Positions 1 to 12,131 of a DNA stretch of 64,000 nt are shown piece by piece. Source of the DNA: Phoronis australis (Eukaryota; Animalia; Phoronida). The notes beneath the pieces are model-generated. The model saw only the letters and a list, made by a program, of their open reading frames with translations. It was not told the DNA's origin and did not search any database. Within the stretch, counting starts at the first letter, position 1. Every line of letters starts with the position of its first letter. The position numbers were made by a program, and so were the translations under genes. The DNA is taken from NCBI GenBank assembly GCA_002633005.1, contig NMRA01000567.1, positions 6,954 to 70,953 of the forward strand, in the 5' to 3' direction.

Positions 1-123
1 ATCTATTACGTCATAATAAATGACAAATATTCCCAATCCTCCTCTTGTTTTACTCTGCAACATAGCTCGTGGCGTACCCCGGGCAAAATAGATTACGATA
101 AAAGTTTGTAGATGAATACACGA

Positions 124-988
124 TTTTTTATTTACCCACATATTTATACCGCGTCCATCCGTTCCTCCGTCAGTCAGTCCGTCCGTCCGGCGCTCGCTCC
201 AAAACCCTTTGATTTATGTTCATAAAATTTTGAACATGTGTTCCTTTCATATGGGACGGTATGAGCCAACTTTCGCACGGATCCGACTACTGGGGTGCCC
301 CCTAGTGGCAACTTATTTTTTTACGTTTACCTCTGTATCTTCATAGGTCTTCAACGGATCTTTATAAAATTTGTCGCATAGGCATCTATTAGCGAGATGA
401 TTCTATTCTCTCGTTTCCGGACGGATTCGAGATATTTTGCGCCACCTAGTGGCCATTTTCACTGTTTTTGTGTCTGTCTTTGGCATCCGCCCCTTTATCA
501 ACCAAATCGCTCTAAAAATGATTGTGAAATTTGGCATCTGTGTTCTTGCCATGAAGAGGACGGATGACGATGATTTTCAGACGACTTTGAGTCCCATGGG
601 GCTTCCTAGTGGCAGTTTTTTGCACTCACAGCTGAATCTCCTAAACCTACGGCATGATCTTTATTAAACTTAGCAAGTGTTGTTATATAAATTTGACAAC
701 AGGCGACGACGACCTTAAGACGAATCTGGCAAACGCTGTGGTCCTTAGTGGCAACTTCATTTTTTTCTTTCGTTTTCCTATGTTTCTCTGAAGTTCCTTG
801 AGAGGATTTTATGAAATTTGGTAAATAGCTTTCTATTAAAAAACGTTACCACTTTCCCGTTTTCGAATGGATACGACGTATTTTGTATCTTCTAGTGGCC
901 ATTTTTATGATATGAATAAACACCCCTAAAAGCACACCGTTTGTAATGCATTTGTGGACGCATTTCAACGCTCCGCGTTACTCTGGTT
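124..988 (+). mobile_element. Helentron-associated non-autonomous element (HINE/DINE-1-like) with internal tandem repeats
   Basis: T-rich 5' end, (GTCC)n microsatellite at ~153-188, five ~145-160-bp repeats each with C(T)TAGTGGC, a 3' subterminal repeat (TGTGGACGCATT) and a short hairpin (AACGC-TCC-GCGTT) before ...CTGGTT. This is the canonical HINE layout. Confidence 0.7.
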
Positions 989-1001
989 AAAAAGGGGGAG
1001 A

Positions 1002-1330
1002 TGTTAGGTTTTCCCGCTGGGGGTCACGTCGGGTTATACCCAGAGTGCAAGTTAGTCCGTGACGACGTACGGACGTAATAAATTGTTGGCAAGACACTGG
1101 TGCTGGACATTTTAATGTTTTGTTTATATGCCGTCAAACTGCTGAGCAAGTGTTATGTTGATGCGGTGAGTGTTTTCAACTGTAGACAGTTACGTTTGCG
1201 TGGAAAATCGTCTGTAACATTTATTGGAAGCTGTGGGCCACTAGGTGATGATCACTCGAGATACCGCCTTCAAGTGTTGATGTTGGCGTTCGTCCCTGTC
1301 ATCGTCTCTTCATTATGTTTTGCATAACTA
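1002..1330 (+). mobile_element. Possible LTR preceded by a polypurine tract
   Basis: AAAAAGGGGGAGA (PPT-like) is directly followed by TGTTAGG; AATAAA at 1077; possible ends at TGTAACA (1219) or CATAACTA (~1330). No partner LTR or TSD seen. Confidence 0.3.
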
Positions 1331-1408
1331 GTCAAATGTTTGTGAATATGTTCATAAATGTAAACATTGCACAAAATAACTAGAGAAGTTAATATATTCG
1401 GTTACGTT

Positions 1409-2369
1409 CATAGGCGGATTTAGCCCNCCCCCCCCCCCCCCTTGGCTGCCGCAAAAAATATAACAGCAAGAGCCCAGGGATATGTTGAGTTTATTAATTA
1501 ACCGCGGTAACCAAAATTATACGGCTGGAACAAGATTTAAATGTGTTCAGTTTTAGTGTTGGGGGAGGGGGGCTCAGATCCAATTTCAAGTGTCAAATTC
1601 AGAACACGGCGCAATCGTAACGGAACTATGGCTAAGTATAGGCTCTCCCGCGATACCTCAGGCGACAAGCAGTGGGGCTGGGCACTACGACTCCGTTTCC
1701 GTTGTCTGCTCCACTGTGCAATGAAGAAAATTACTTCATTTTTTAAAGAAAATGGAATCTGAGTGATGATGAAAAAACAGAAGCTGCTGGTAAGATGTCA
1801 ATTTTAATCAAAGCCTTAGTGAATCACTCAGAAACTCATAATCCTCTTTTTGTCAAACCTTAACTTAAGACGATTTCCAAACCAATCGCGTCATTATTGC
1901 CAACACAAAAATGTATTTGGTCTTTTGGGTAATTGAAGACTATTTTAAATACAACAAATTTGTTACGAACTGATTGCACAAAATATAAAACATGTGATAA
2001 GCATTAGAAAAAGAAGGTTTCGCGCGCAAACGCTTTGGACCTTAACCAAGTAGGTCACTTAGTATCAAATTAGGAGTTAAATCGTGGTGGTGCAGAAGTA
2101 AAGCACGCGCGCTCTATCCGCCAGGTCGTGAGTTCGAGTCTGTGGCGCTTGCAGTTTTTCCTGTTTGACACTGTCTCCTTTTTTTCTTGGATAATACTTC
2201 AGGAATTAAGGAAAATGCTTAATTTTAGAGGAAAAACAATAATTTCCTGGGCACCCCCCTCTCGACCTCCCCACATTCGGTGCTATGCGCATCTACAATC
2301 GTGCTTTGAGCAAATGTTTACAAACAAAATGTTGCCCCCCCCCTTTGTGATATCCTAAATCCGCCAGTG
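1409..2369 (+). mobile_element. hAT5-like internally deleted DNA transposon
   Basis: TIR CATAGGCGGATTTAG / CTAAATCCGCCAGTG and perfect 5-bp TSD ACGTT (1404-1408, 2370-2374). Internal MKKITSFF (1721) resembles a hAT transposase N-terminus; a tRNA-like A/B-box segment lies at ~2083-2150. Confidence 0.75.
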
Positions 2370-2454
2370 ACGTTAGCGTAACTTCATAAAAACGTTTTAC
2401 TTAAACTTCGTAAAAATGAAAGATGCAACACCACACAATCAAAAACACGCCCAA

Positions 2455-2675
2455 TTTTTATGCCCCCACATATTTATATGAAGAGGCATTATGTCGTCAT
2501 CCCCTTCCGTCCGGCGTCCGTCTGGCGTCCCGTGTCCGCTGCGATACATGTATCTCCAACCCTTTGATGTATGTTCATGAAATTTTGAACATGTGTTCCT
2601 TTTATGAATGGTACGGCAAACTTTCGTACGGATCCGAATTCCTGTGTGCCCTCTTGTGAGAATTTTATTTTTACG
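2455..2675 (+). mobile_element. 5' fragment of a second copy of the same HINE family
   Basis: TTTTTATGCCCCCACATATTTAT.., CCGTCC repeats and CCCTTTGATGTATGTTCATGAAATTTTGAACATGTGTTCCTTT are nearly identical to 205-248. Confidence 0.7.
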
Positions 2676-2959
2676 ATCGCTAATTGTCCACGTTCATCTG
2701 TGTTTGTACTTTTGGGAAGTTGAAATGTTTCCTGTTTTAAAACTGTAATTCATACATTCCAAAAGTTCCTGTTTAATAGTATCCCATAATAAAATATTCA
2801 AAATCGTCCGATAGATCGTTTAAACACCTTTGATTATATGCGGTTATTGTCTCCGTTTGGGTAAGGCTGCGTCACGTGATCGAGTACTCGGAGCAACACC
2901 GTACTGGTCAACTCTATGACCTACGTCCACAGTTACTGTAGTTCGATTTAACGTTATGT

Positions 2960-3660
2960 AGGACCCTAGAAAAATTCCCAAATCAAATCTTTCATTGGGT
3001 TTGTGTGAAACTTTCAGGTACAGTGCCTTATTCACTGTTCTCAAAAACTCTGTTAGGATTTTGAATGCTCCATTTCTTCAGGACTGGTATCAAAAATAGC
3101 ACTTTTGTAAGTTTCTTAAAAATTTTGAAGATGCAAAGAAAATGATTTACAAAATTAAAACAGTCATTTTGGGATTCCATTTTGAACATTTATACCGTTG
3201 TTTTGCTATCAACGTACTTGAATTTTTTTGCTAAGTTTTACTAAAATTACATCTCCACACTGCATGACCCAACATATGACATATTTTGTAAAAAGTATAA
3301 ACTAAATTCCACTAGCGCGCTGACTTTCAGATTACTTGATTTACTAAGTTAAAATATTCAGTTCTGTAGTTTGCTAAATATGCAGACCTTTAAGTGTGTT
3401 TTTTGTGGAAAACAGTAAACGATATTAAATGTGGATTCTTCAGCCATACGGGGTGGTTTGGAAAGGGATTATACTTGTAGCACCTCATTTTGTTTTAAAA
3501 TTCACAAAAACTATAATATTGTTCAAAATTGTTAATGCAATTGCAAATTAGTCTATTTCTAGAATGTACATCTAGGGCATACACTTCAAAAGCTGGTTCC
3601 ATTATTTCAAGTAACTGGTACAAAATCCAAGTTACTGGTGTGCTAAGGTTTTAAGCAGTC
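2960..3660 (+). repeat. Dispersed non-autonomous repeat; homologous copy at ~49860-50340 on the - strand
   Basis: GACCCTAGAA..GTGAAACTTTCAGGTACAGTGCCTTATTCACTGTTCTCAAAAACTCTGTTAGGA aligns with the reverse complement of ~50230-50330. Boundaries approximate. Confidence 0.6.
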
Positions 3661-3802
3661 AATAAGACAATGCCGCCTATAGGTGGCACTTCACGTTTGC
3701 TAGTGTTTCAACTCGACTTGCTTCAGTTTGTAGAAGGAATGAATCAAGGACTTTGTTGTTATGACGAACGTGGTCCGTACATGGGTGTTTGATGGTGACA
3801 AA

Positions 3803-4040
3803 CATGCTCGCACCCAGCCTAAAATATAGGGGGTGGTTCGAATTTTCGATATGCTCACCCTTTACTGAATAAAATCAACGAGGACTAAAAAAACGGGGCC
3901 ACTAGCTTCAGGCCTGCCAATCGTGCATCCGCGCCGAATTCCTGCGGACACTGTGGGCTTTTGTCTTGTGTTTACTCGGACTTTTTGTTTCACTGAGGCG
4001 GACCTTTTTGCCCAAATCGCCAAATTGGGGTGCGCCCATG
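3803..4040 (+). mobile_element. hAT5-like MITE, copy 1
   Basis: TIR CATGCTCGCACCC / GGGTGCGCCCATG; perfect 5-bp TSD ACAAA; body homologous to 51907-52139. Confidence 0.85.
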
Positions 4041-5932
4041 ACAAATTAGTAGTCAAAATCTGGCATTTTATGACGTAATTCGGTGATCCAAGACAGTCCA
4101 ATGCGCATGATCTCTCACTCTGAACGGTGATCTATGGGCAGCGGAAGTGCAACATTATGTAAAAACAAAAAATACTATTTTAAAATTCCAGACCGTTTAA
4201 CAAACTCAGTCTATTTAAAGTGCAAATCAAAACTCAACCCAATTCCATCAATCCAATTCTGTTTTACAAATATAATCCTCTTTTAGAAATTCAATTCTAT
4301 TACACTTCATCTATTCTGCCATCATTGGTATCGGTCTTGCTTATCCAGCGAAGGTTTTCCTGGCGTGGGGTACCGCGAAGCTGGCCATACTAAGCAAAAA
4401 TATGACGTAGACTCAGATCGGAGTGGGCCAATCTTTTGGGTCACAATTCGAACATGCTTTTAGACTGATGCAAATGACTCTGAGAAGGTCCTATTGATGA
4501 ACTGTTGTGAATAGCAAGCCTAGTCACCACGACGTGGATGATTAGCGCTGTTGTTTCTCCACATAGTGATGTCGTAATATTTCCTGGCGTGTTTTGAGTG
4601 CATGGTGCTCTTGAGTTGCGATTTCTACTTCTCAGCCAGTAAATTACATGTAAGCGCAAGTTACCGGATTTCAAAGAAAATTAAGCGTCTAATTTGCTAC
4701 TTACATGTACCAGCAGAACGACATCTTGATTTACAAAATTTCTGATAATATCCTAGTCACTGACATAGCTGGTACACTTCTAGGCTTCGCTGTGCTAATA
4801 AGCACATGACTAAATCTTTACTCAGTAATTGGGAAGACTTAATATCTGGCTAAATGTTAAGTCCTTTTTCATGAATCCGACCCCTGAAATCACTTCTAAT
4901 GTGACAAAGGACCTATTGCAGACCAACTTCCCAACGGTAAGTTGTCCAAATCAAGGTTGTTTTTATGATAGGATGTAGTGGGTTTATAGTCGCTTTAAAT
5001 GAGAACACTGACACAAGTTATTTTTATTGTACCAATGATTTTCATTTGGGTAGATGATTGTACATGATAGAAGTTCAAATTGTTCAAAACGATTACTAAA
5101 TGATGTCATTGTGAGTTGCTAAGTAGTATTTTATCAGGTCATCTGCGAAATTCATAGAGTACTCGAGCACAAGATCAAAAATCACAAAATTTAGTCGTGG
5201 TGGTCGCATTTGAGCGTGTGGGCTCAAAACTTGAGAGAGACCGGATAAGCCACTTAGTAAAAAGTATTGTATATTGTTGTTTTAATTAAAATCACGATCT
5301 TTTGAGCACCTCGTGCCTACTCGCGCTTATTTCCATGCTTCCTTGTTCTGGTTAACTTGAATGTGTGCTTTGTTTGTGGTTCCATTTGTTGGTAGATCCT
5401 TAATATTGGGGGATTTTCGGCATTTCTTCAACAGTGCAGATTTCCGTTGAACGACTTTCCTTGATTGACGTTTATTGACCGTGTAATCTCTCAGCTCACC
5501 TGTGTTGAATGGCATCAACCAGTATGAAACAAGTGCCGGATCTGACAGCATATGACAACTGGTTTGTTCGCCAATGACTGCGGATTCGTTAATTGTGGAT
5601 CAGTAACTCGCTTAAAACCACTTGATGTAAGCTCAAATGACCTCAGTGGTATTGCAAATTGAATTAACGAAGATAATAGCTCTCGAAAGTAACAAGGTGA
5701 TATGTATCTACAAAGCTACTTTCAGATCTTACCTACATATATATAAGCGTTCATCGTTATCGATCGCTTCTTACAACCGACTAATGGTCGGTATTCATTC
5801 GCTGTAATTGGTCACGGAAATTTAGTGATTTTAACTCTTGCAACTCTAACCTGAGATAGTAATCTTAGCAATGAAAACGCAAGAGTACGGATAACGGGAG
5901 CGAAATGCGGGCGTTCGCCGCTGGATTTCGAC

Positions 5933-6025
5933 ATGCGTCTCTCCAGCGGGAAGATTGGTGATTGGGTTCTGTCGGCAGCGACCGTGAAAGAGGTTCTGCA
6001 AACGGTCATGGGTACTGCTCTTTAA
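5933..6025 (+). promoter_or_regulatory. Upstream ORF (30 aa) ending 19 nt before the THIK start; shorter uORFs at 5871-5894 and 5905-5961
   Basis: ATG..TAA read directly: MRLSSGKIGDWVLSAATVKEVLQTVMGTAL*. Whether it lies in the mature 5'UTR is inferred. Confidence 0.4.
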
Positions 6026-6044
6026 AGGACAGGTAGTTGCTGGC

Positions 6045-6378
6045 ATGGGGTACCACAACACTCGCGCGGGGTGCTGGCTTATAGTGCACCTCCGCGAGGA
6101 TAATATCAGGTTTCTACTCCTGGCAATCGTGATGATAATATACATGCTTGTGGGTGCCGCCGTGTTCATGGGCCTCGAACGGAAAAACGAACTACAGGAG
6201 AAAAGAGAGTTCAAGGAATTGCTGGAAAACTTCACATCGGATAATCCGGGCATGAACAAAACACAACTGATGCAAATTTTAAAACTCTATGCGGATATCG
6301 GGCACACGATGGGTAAAAGGCCGCGCTGGGATTACGCTGGATCTTTTTACTTCGTTGGCACGGTTGTTTCCACAATAG
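6045..6378 (+). CDS. KCNK13: THIK-subfamily two-pore-domain potassium channel (KCNK13/KCNK12-like), coding exon 1
   Basis: Translation MGYHNTRAGCWLIVHLREDNIRFLLLAIVMIIYMLVGAAVF...RPRWDYAGSFYFVGTVVSTI-G matches the THIK N-terminus (HLxEDNxRFLLLA), M1, cap and P1 helix (RPRWDFxGxFYFVGTVVSTIG). It ends at a strong donor, ATA G|GTAAGT (intron starts 6379, phase 1). Invertebrate THIK is likely co-orthologous to vertebrate KCNK12 and KCNK13. Confidence 0.95.
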
Positions 6379-6539
6379 GTAAGTTTATTCTGATTATAAT
6401 TCGTCATTCGTCAGCTTCGGAGTAACGTAGATCATTGCTGATCTGACATTACGCTTGATCCACTGCTTTTGATGCATTCGTGCTTTATATTAGTTTTTGT
6501 GCGAAAAGATGATTGCATCGTAGCTCTGATAATCATTAC

Positions 6540-6861
6540 ACTGAGACCTACTTGTAGTCTACGCACGCGTGCCCTAGATTAATGTACAAACACTGTTCAT
6601 GCATTCAATTTACAGAACCGGGTTTTATTGTCACCTGGCTCATCATTCATCCGCGTTGCCTAGTTAACTAAGCAGGCTGCCCGATGTTTCGGTGCATGTG
6701 ATTTCGCCCTTGGTGTGCGACTCCGTTGGCGGCTATTGGACCACTGCACGCGCACCGATTGTTGTACACGACAATTTACGACTTTTGAGCGCTAAATGCC
6801 TATTGTATTCTAAGTAGCATACGAAACACCGTAGTCACAGTCGCTTCAGATAGGTCTCAGT
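6540..6861. mobile_element. MITE with an 11-bp perfect TIR near the start of the intron
   Basis: ACTGAGACCTA...TAGGTCTCAGT with imperfect extension of the pairing; TSD not clear. Confidence 0.55.
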
Positions 6862-9800
6862 CCTGCGTGAGACATCTGTCGCGTCAATAGCTCTCGATCG
6901 GCAGACATAAAAGGCTTTTTTAGAAGATTCATTATTAGGTGGAACGAGTCATGAGGACAAATTTAAAAGCCTGTTTCATTAAGTCAAACACTGCTATGAT
7001 ATGAATAATGTCCAATGTAAGTTATAACTTGAACCCACGGGCACTTTCCCAAATCTGTCGTGAACTCAACAGTGTTATTTCAACATTTGTGTGATAATAA
7101 GCCATATCGACTCGAGACCATTCGCTACAGAGAGAGAATACTGTCATTAATCAGTAATGAAGAGGTGCTCCTTCGTCGGTTTTCACGCATAAGTAAACTT
7201 TCTGAGGGGAAACAGAGATCTATTGTTCAAGATTCTTTGAAAACAAATATTATTACAACAAAGAACCAGTAGGTGGATTCGCAGTGCATATGCTCTTAAT
7301 TGTCTGGTAATGTTAGCCGCATTGGTGACGGTGATTGCTGAAACTGAAATATGTGACAATGACGACAGGACACGGGTTCAAAGCTTCAAAGGCAGACCGA
7401 AGAAAATTAGAAATGCAAAAAGATGCAAAAATCTATGTCAAATAAGAGTGTACTGCTCAGTCGGACAAGGACAGTGTGCTATCAATGGTTCAACGCCAAC
7501 ACATTTTTGTGGGAGACCTAAAACGAGACGCATCATTTACTTTCATTTGCTCAATTCGAATAATCTTGTTCATAAGGAATGTGTCCCCTTCACTTAGGTA
7601 TCGGATACCTGAAACTTGTTTTTTCATTTCGTATCTGTGAAATAAACATGGTAGTCAGACCTTTCACGTATTACAGGTGTGTAAACAGAAAATATCCTCT
7701 GTTTTATATTTGTAACCCACGTATACGTCTTCTTTGTTGATACACTGTAAACAGTCATACCAAAGAATCAATGTATGTCAAATGCCCTCCAGTCAATATC
7801 ACACATGCACTTGTGACATTTTAAAAAAATCACCATGGAAACTTAGCTACAGAACAATTGTTTACCAACTCGACCTACGCGTTTGATCGGAATCAAACGC
7901 AAACACGATGTAGCAAGGTTGAATAAAGTGCGTAGACTTGACAACAGTGAACTCAAATATGACGCCAGGGTAACGGGTAATTGCCAATAAACATGATCGC
8001 AAGTGAATTGATTGAAAGCGGAACTTGTGCGTTATACCATAATGAATTGTGTTGGTTCTGTTTGAAGCCTGGAAACGAGAGATTACTAAATATTAGCGTT
8101 TGTTACCTGGCAATTAAGAGATTTCATTTGTTTTACTCATTTCTGGACCCTATGCGACGGCGATAAGTCTTCCACTTGACATCTGGCTGGTAGGCCGAAA
8201 ACTTTTAAGCTGCATACGCTGTGATTGACACTTTGTGTTCGAACTATCAAGCGGGCTATTATTTCGAGAGAGTAAATCACCTATGTAGATTGCTGCTTAC
8301 TACCAAGCAAAAGATCGCCCAACACTAAGGCGGAAAAGCGCGAAAATGAGCGTTCACTAAAATAAAATGTTCAACATTCAGAATCTTTAGCGGTTATTCG
8401 CGTATCAAATAAACCTTTCGTTCGGCCCTTCGCCTTGGCTTTTATCTCGGTCATGTTCCACGTCATGATGCCAGCAGTTTCTATACGCCAAGTGACTGTT
8501 GGTGAATGTAGCTTAAATTATCGTTGGCGCAGTAAATACATAAGTATTATCTTGGAAGTGGAAGGACGTCAATCTTTCATCACGTCCTCAAGGCTTCTTA
8601 TTTTGACAAAATTTTGTTGGTCTAGAATTTCTTGGAATTGAAACAGACAAGAGTGAAGAGTGTACGAGTTTTCACTAAATTTGTATTTTTCTAGAATCCC
8701 ATGGAGGTCATTGGCATTTGATTGACTTTTTGTATACTGTGATGCCAAAAATGCCCGACGATTATTGTTAAATAATGCAATGCCCCAAAGCTGTGGGTAT
8801 CTTTTATTCTGACCAACGCCATTACATTGTTATTCGTACGACTATGTTTGGGTAGAGCTCTTCCGGTTCGACCTCGTTGTGTTGTCGGCTGCGAATTAAA
8901 CTCATTAAACTTACAACTCTTTGTCTAGTTCATCTGGCGCAAGGATCATAATTCGCTTCGGTATATAACACTAAAAATCCGCTTCGTTGGAATTTTAACC
9001 GTCTCATTCTCTAATCGCTAGTTCAAAGACTTTAAATGAGCTGAATGTCTGCGTTAAAACGATACTGCTCGTGAACATTCGAACCACTTCTTCAACATCC
9101 CTGTAGCAAAACCGTGTTGCAGGAATATTGCCCGGTGTACATAGAGGCATGCTTTAAAGAGGCATGGAACCTCGAAAAGTACCTTTTCAACAGATGGTAT
9201 CGAATCTACTTCTTGGTGATGCTAACGTGAAAGTTATTTTACTTTGAATATTATCAAGCATTTCTAGAAAATAGTCGCCAGTTTCTCTATTTTTGAAACA
9301 CCGAAGAAATAAAAAATCTTTCAGCCGAATACAGTTTTCAAACTCTTCTTCCTAATAATATATATGCGCCCATGAGCCCAAAGAAGTTGGACTTGCTGCA
9401 GCTTGAAATCGCAATTGTTTTGTTTACACATCAAAGGACAAAGGTCAACATTTCCATATAAGGGAAAATGCCACGTCTATGTCTTGCGGTACCAAATAAG
9501 GAGACGTGCTTTGCCGTGTAGGAGAACAAATGACGAGCAGAAGTTGTTTTGAAATTTGAAACAAAAGGAAAAATGTTTTGACATCAACAGAAATTCAAAA
9601 ACTTTACGAACAATCCGTACAATTAACTGGTGAACAACTTGACTTTTGTTTCAGTGACAGAGATTCACTCTGAATAAGGCAACAAATTTTTTTTCATTTT
9701 TTTATGTCACTGTAAAGTATTGGGGAAAGAATGATCAGGTAAATTGTTATTGAAAGTTATAAAGTTGAAACACCAAGCTGAGAAAAAACGTTATTGAGTA

Positions 9801-9900
9801 TCTACAGAGGAAAACTAGTCATGCAACATTATGTTGACATCAGACTGATCACGTGGCTGACCGGAATTCATGTGATACAGGCTTAAAGAAATGGCAGAAT

Positions 9901-11074
9901 AGGCCTTTTGCGAGTTTATAACAATAACGCGAGAATATGTGAGACTTAACTGTGACGTCACGGGAAGTGGGGCAAAAGCTTGTCGTTTGGTCATTTGCCC
10001 AATACGGTAGCAGAGTGTATTCTGTTATTGTCTTCGAGTTTTTAGCCGTTTAGTTCGAAAAATGTCCAAAAAGCATTGCTGTTATGGCAAATGAACTTCA
10101 GATTCGCACTACAATACGTTCTATCGCGTTCTGTACTAATTTCGTCCCGTGTATTTTAAACGGGCGGTAGGCGAAATCCGCTCACTGGTAAAGTTTTCAC
10201 CTCGTCAAAAATACATTCTACACCTAAAATTAGCACCTAAAAGGCTCTTACTTTCTTCAGTGACTCTTTCTGCTTCTAAACATATCTTCGATGAAGCATA
10301 TATACGGGAATTCAGGTGACTTAGGCGAAGAATTCCAACTCCACTTTGTGGTTACTGTTAACTTTGTCCGCGCGCGCGATTACCACAATCAAGTATTTCA
10401 ACTGAGTCAGGTGAGTATGAGGCAAAGGCTAGCGCGAGACTGAGCGAAGCGCGAGATCTGGCGCGTGACCTGGCGCGTGACACTTGCAAAATAGCATGAG
10501 AAAATATCAAGTGAAATTTGTAAGATTTGTGTCCCTTGGACTTTTTGTTCGTCAACAGGCGTGATTTCACGTAACTTCCTCAAAATGGCGGCTCTTTAGT
10601 GAGAGAAACTCGAGAGAACCGCGAGGTTTTCATGAATATGCTCAAGTTATTTGTAGACTAAATTGTGTCCAGAGTCAGGGTATGTGTTAATTATAACTTC
10701 ATGTGCACATATGCATGTTTCATTTGATTTTATTTGCTGTATTTTGAAGTGAATATCTTTTTATGGGGATACACTATCGCCCCTGTATGCCTGCGCCATT
10801 CAGGCCTAGAGCGGGTTAAGTTCCAATTTCAGTCCGTTCACAGCTTCGCACAACATAACAAGGTCACATTTTCTTCGTCTAATCACAGTTATTCCACGAC
10901 CCATCTACCATATCTTAAGTTGTTTTAACGTTTTAAGCGTAAAATTCACCATAAGAACTCCAGTAAGTTTTAGCGTGTGTAGCAAAGACTCGGGGCAAAA
11001 CAAGAGCAATATGGCGGGTTTTGCCCCCTTTCCGGTGACGTCACAGTGACTAACGAGAAACTCGCAAGTGAGCT
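9901..11074 (+). mobile_element. ISL2EU-type (PHIS group) internally deleted transposon with relic starts of both ORFs
   Basis: AT on both flanks. TIRs AGGCCTTTTGCGAGTTT / AAACTCGCAAGTGAGCT plus subterminal ACTGTGACGTCAC(G/C)GGAA.. repeats. THAP-type start MSKKHCCYGK*TSDSHY at 10062 (+); SAP-like start MVNFTLKTLKQLKIW*MGRG..RKCDLVMLCEA at 10952 (-). Probable nested TTAA element at ~10155-10819. Confidence 0.7.
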
Positions 11075-12111
11075 ATTGGACAAAATGAACCATCGTGCTG
11101 GTGATTGTGCAGAGATGGAAACCACACGTTCATGTAAAACTTAAAAATTGAGCTCAGTCAGAACCTTAGCTGTGAGTGTGAAACGTCCGCCCGAATAATG
11201 TTCATTGAACTCCAAGTAATTTCAAACTCAACTGAAATTAATACCATTTTTAGTTCAATATTTATTTTGATCCGGCATCATAACCTATAATTGCCGCCGT
11301 TGTGAATGACAGCTGTCTCATGCATTATGAGTACACAAACAGGGCTGAAAGTTACGAAATGTTCATTACTTTATTAATAACTTTTGACTGACAAAACTCA
11401 TCCGGCGTTCTAAATTGGTGAATGTAAAGCGAAGGGTATCTTTAAGGGTTTAATTGAACTAACTTCAATGATCATATTTTCTTTGTATTGAGAGGTATCT
11501 AGTAGTAGGCCTAAAAATACCGATTGTGCGGTGGAGGAAAACGCGACCAACTTTGCACGGCACCGGATTATTTTTGATAACATCGATATCTTACAATGCG
11601 CTTTGAAATTGAGGACAGGTGGTTCTCGGAAAAATTATTTTGGGGAAATCGTGAATGTGATGGGAATGGCATGATTACAACATTTGCACAACCCAGTCGA
11701 TATCTTTGGAAGAATGTTGGTTTTAACAGACCTTGCTCTCCCGTCCATTTAAATGGGAAACGCACGTGGATTGGTTTGTTTACTCTAGGAAATTGCATAT
11801 TCAAGATGGTGGTCAAAGCCGTCGACTCGTGTACTTATTATGCGCTCGCACAAAGTTACTAATCACTAATCATTTGTTCTGAATGTCTATAATGCTGAAA
11901 ATGCTATGACTGAACAAATACAGCGCGAACCTGCAAGTTTGATACCGCGTAATTGACAGGAATTTGTGGACGGAAGTTACTCCACGATTCAGTTAGACTT
12001 GCCAGAATCAAAAGGCAAGTTTGGCTTCTTATACCAGATCTTTTCGAAATGCAAATTGCAATAGTTTCCAAAAATGAAGCTGGGAGATTTTGTTAGAAAT
12101 GTATATTTTTC

Positions 12112-12131
12112 GAGAGAGAGAGAGAGAGAGA
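12112..12131. repeat. (GA)n microsatellite
   Basis: About 10 GA units, read directly. Confidence 0.9.

Noticed and set aside
1424-1442. Poly-C tract containing an N (another N at 34682)
   Set aside because: Homopolymer within a hAT subterminal region and assembly ambiguity; no biological signal.
5846-6259. 137-aa ORF on the - strand
   Set aside because: Antisense shadow of THIK exon 1; no independent protein features.
6379-6425. ORF tail KFILIIIRHSSASE, and the MYFFCFV start of the 39231 ORF
   Set aside because: Read-through into intron sequence beyond the splice sites; not part of the protein.
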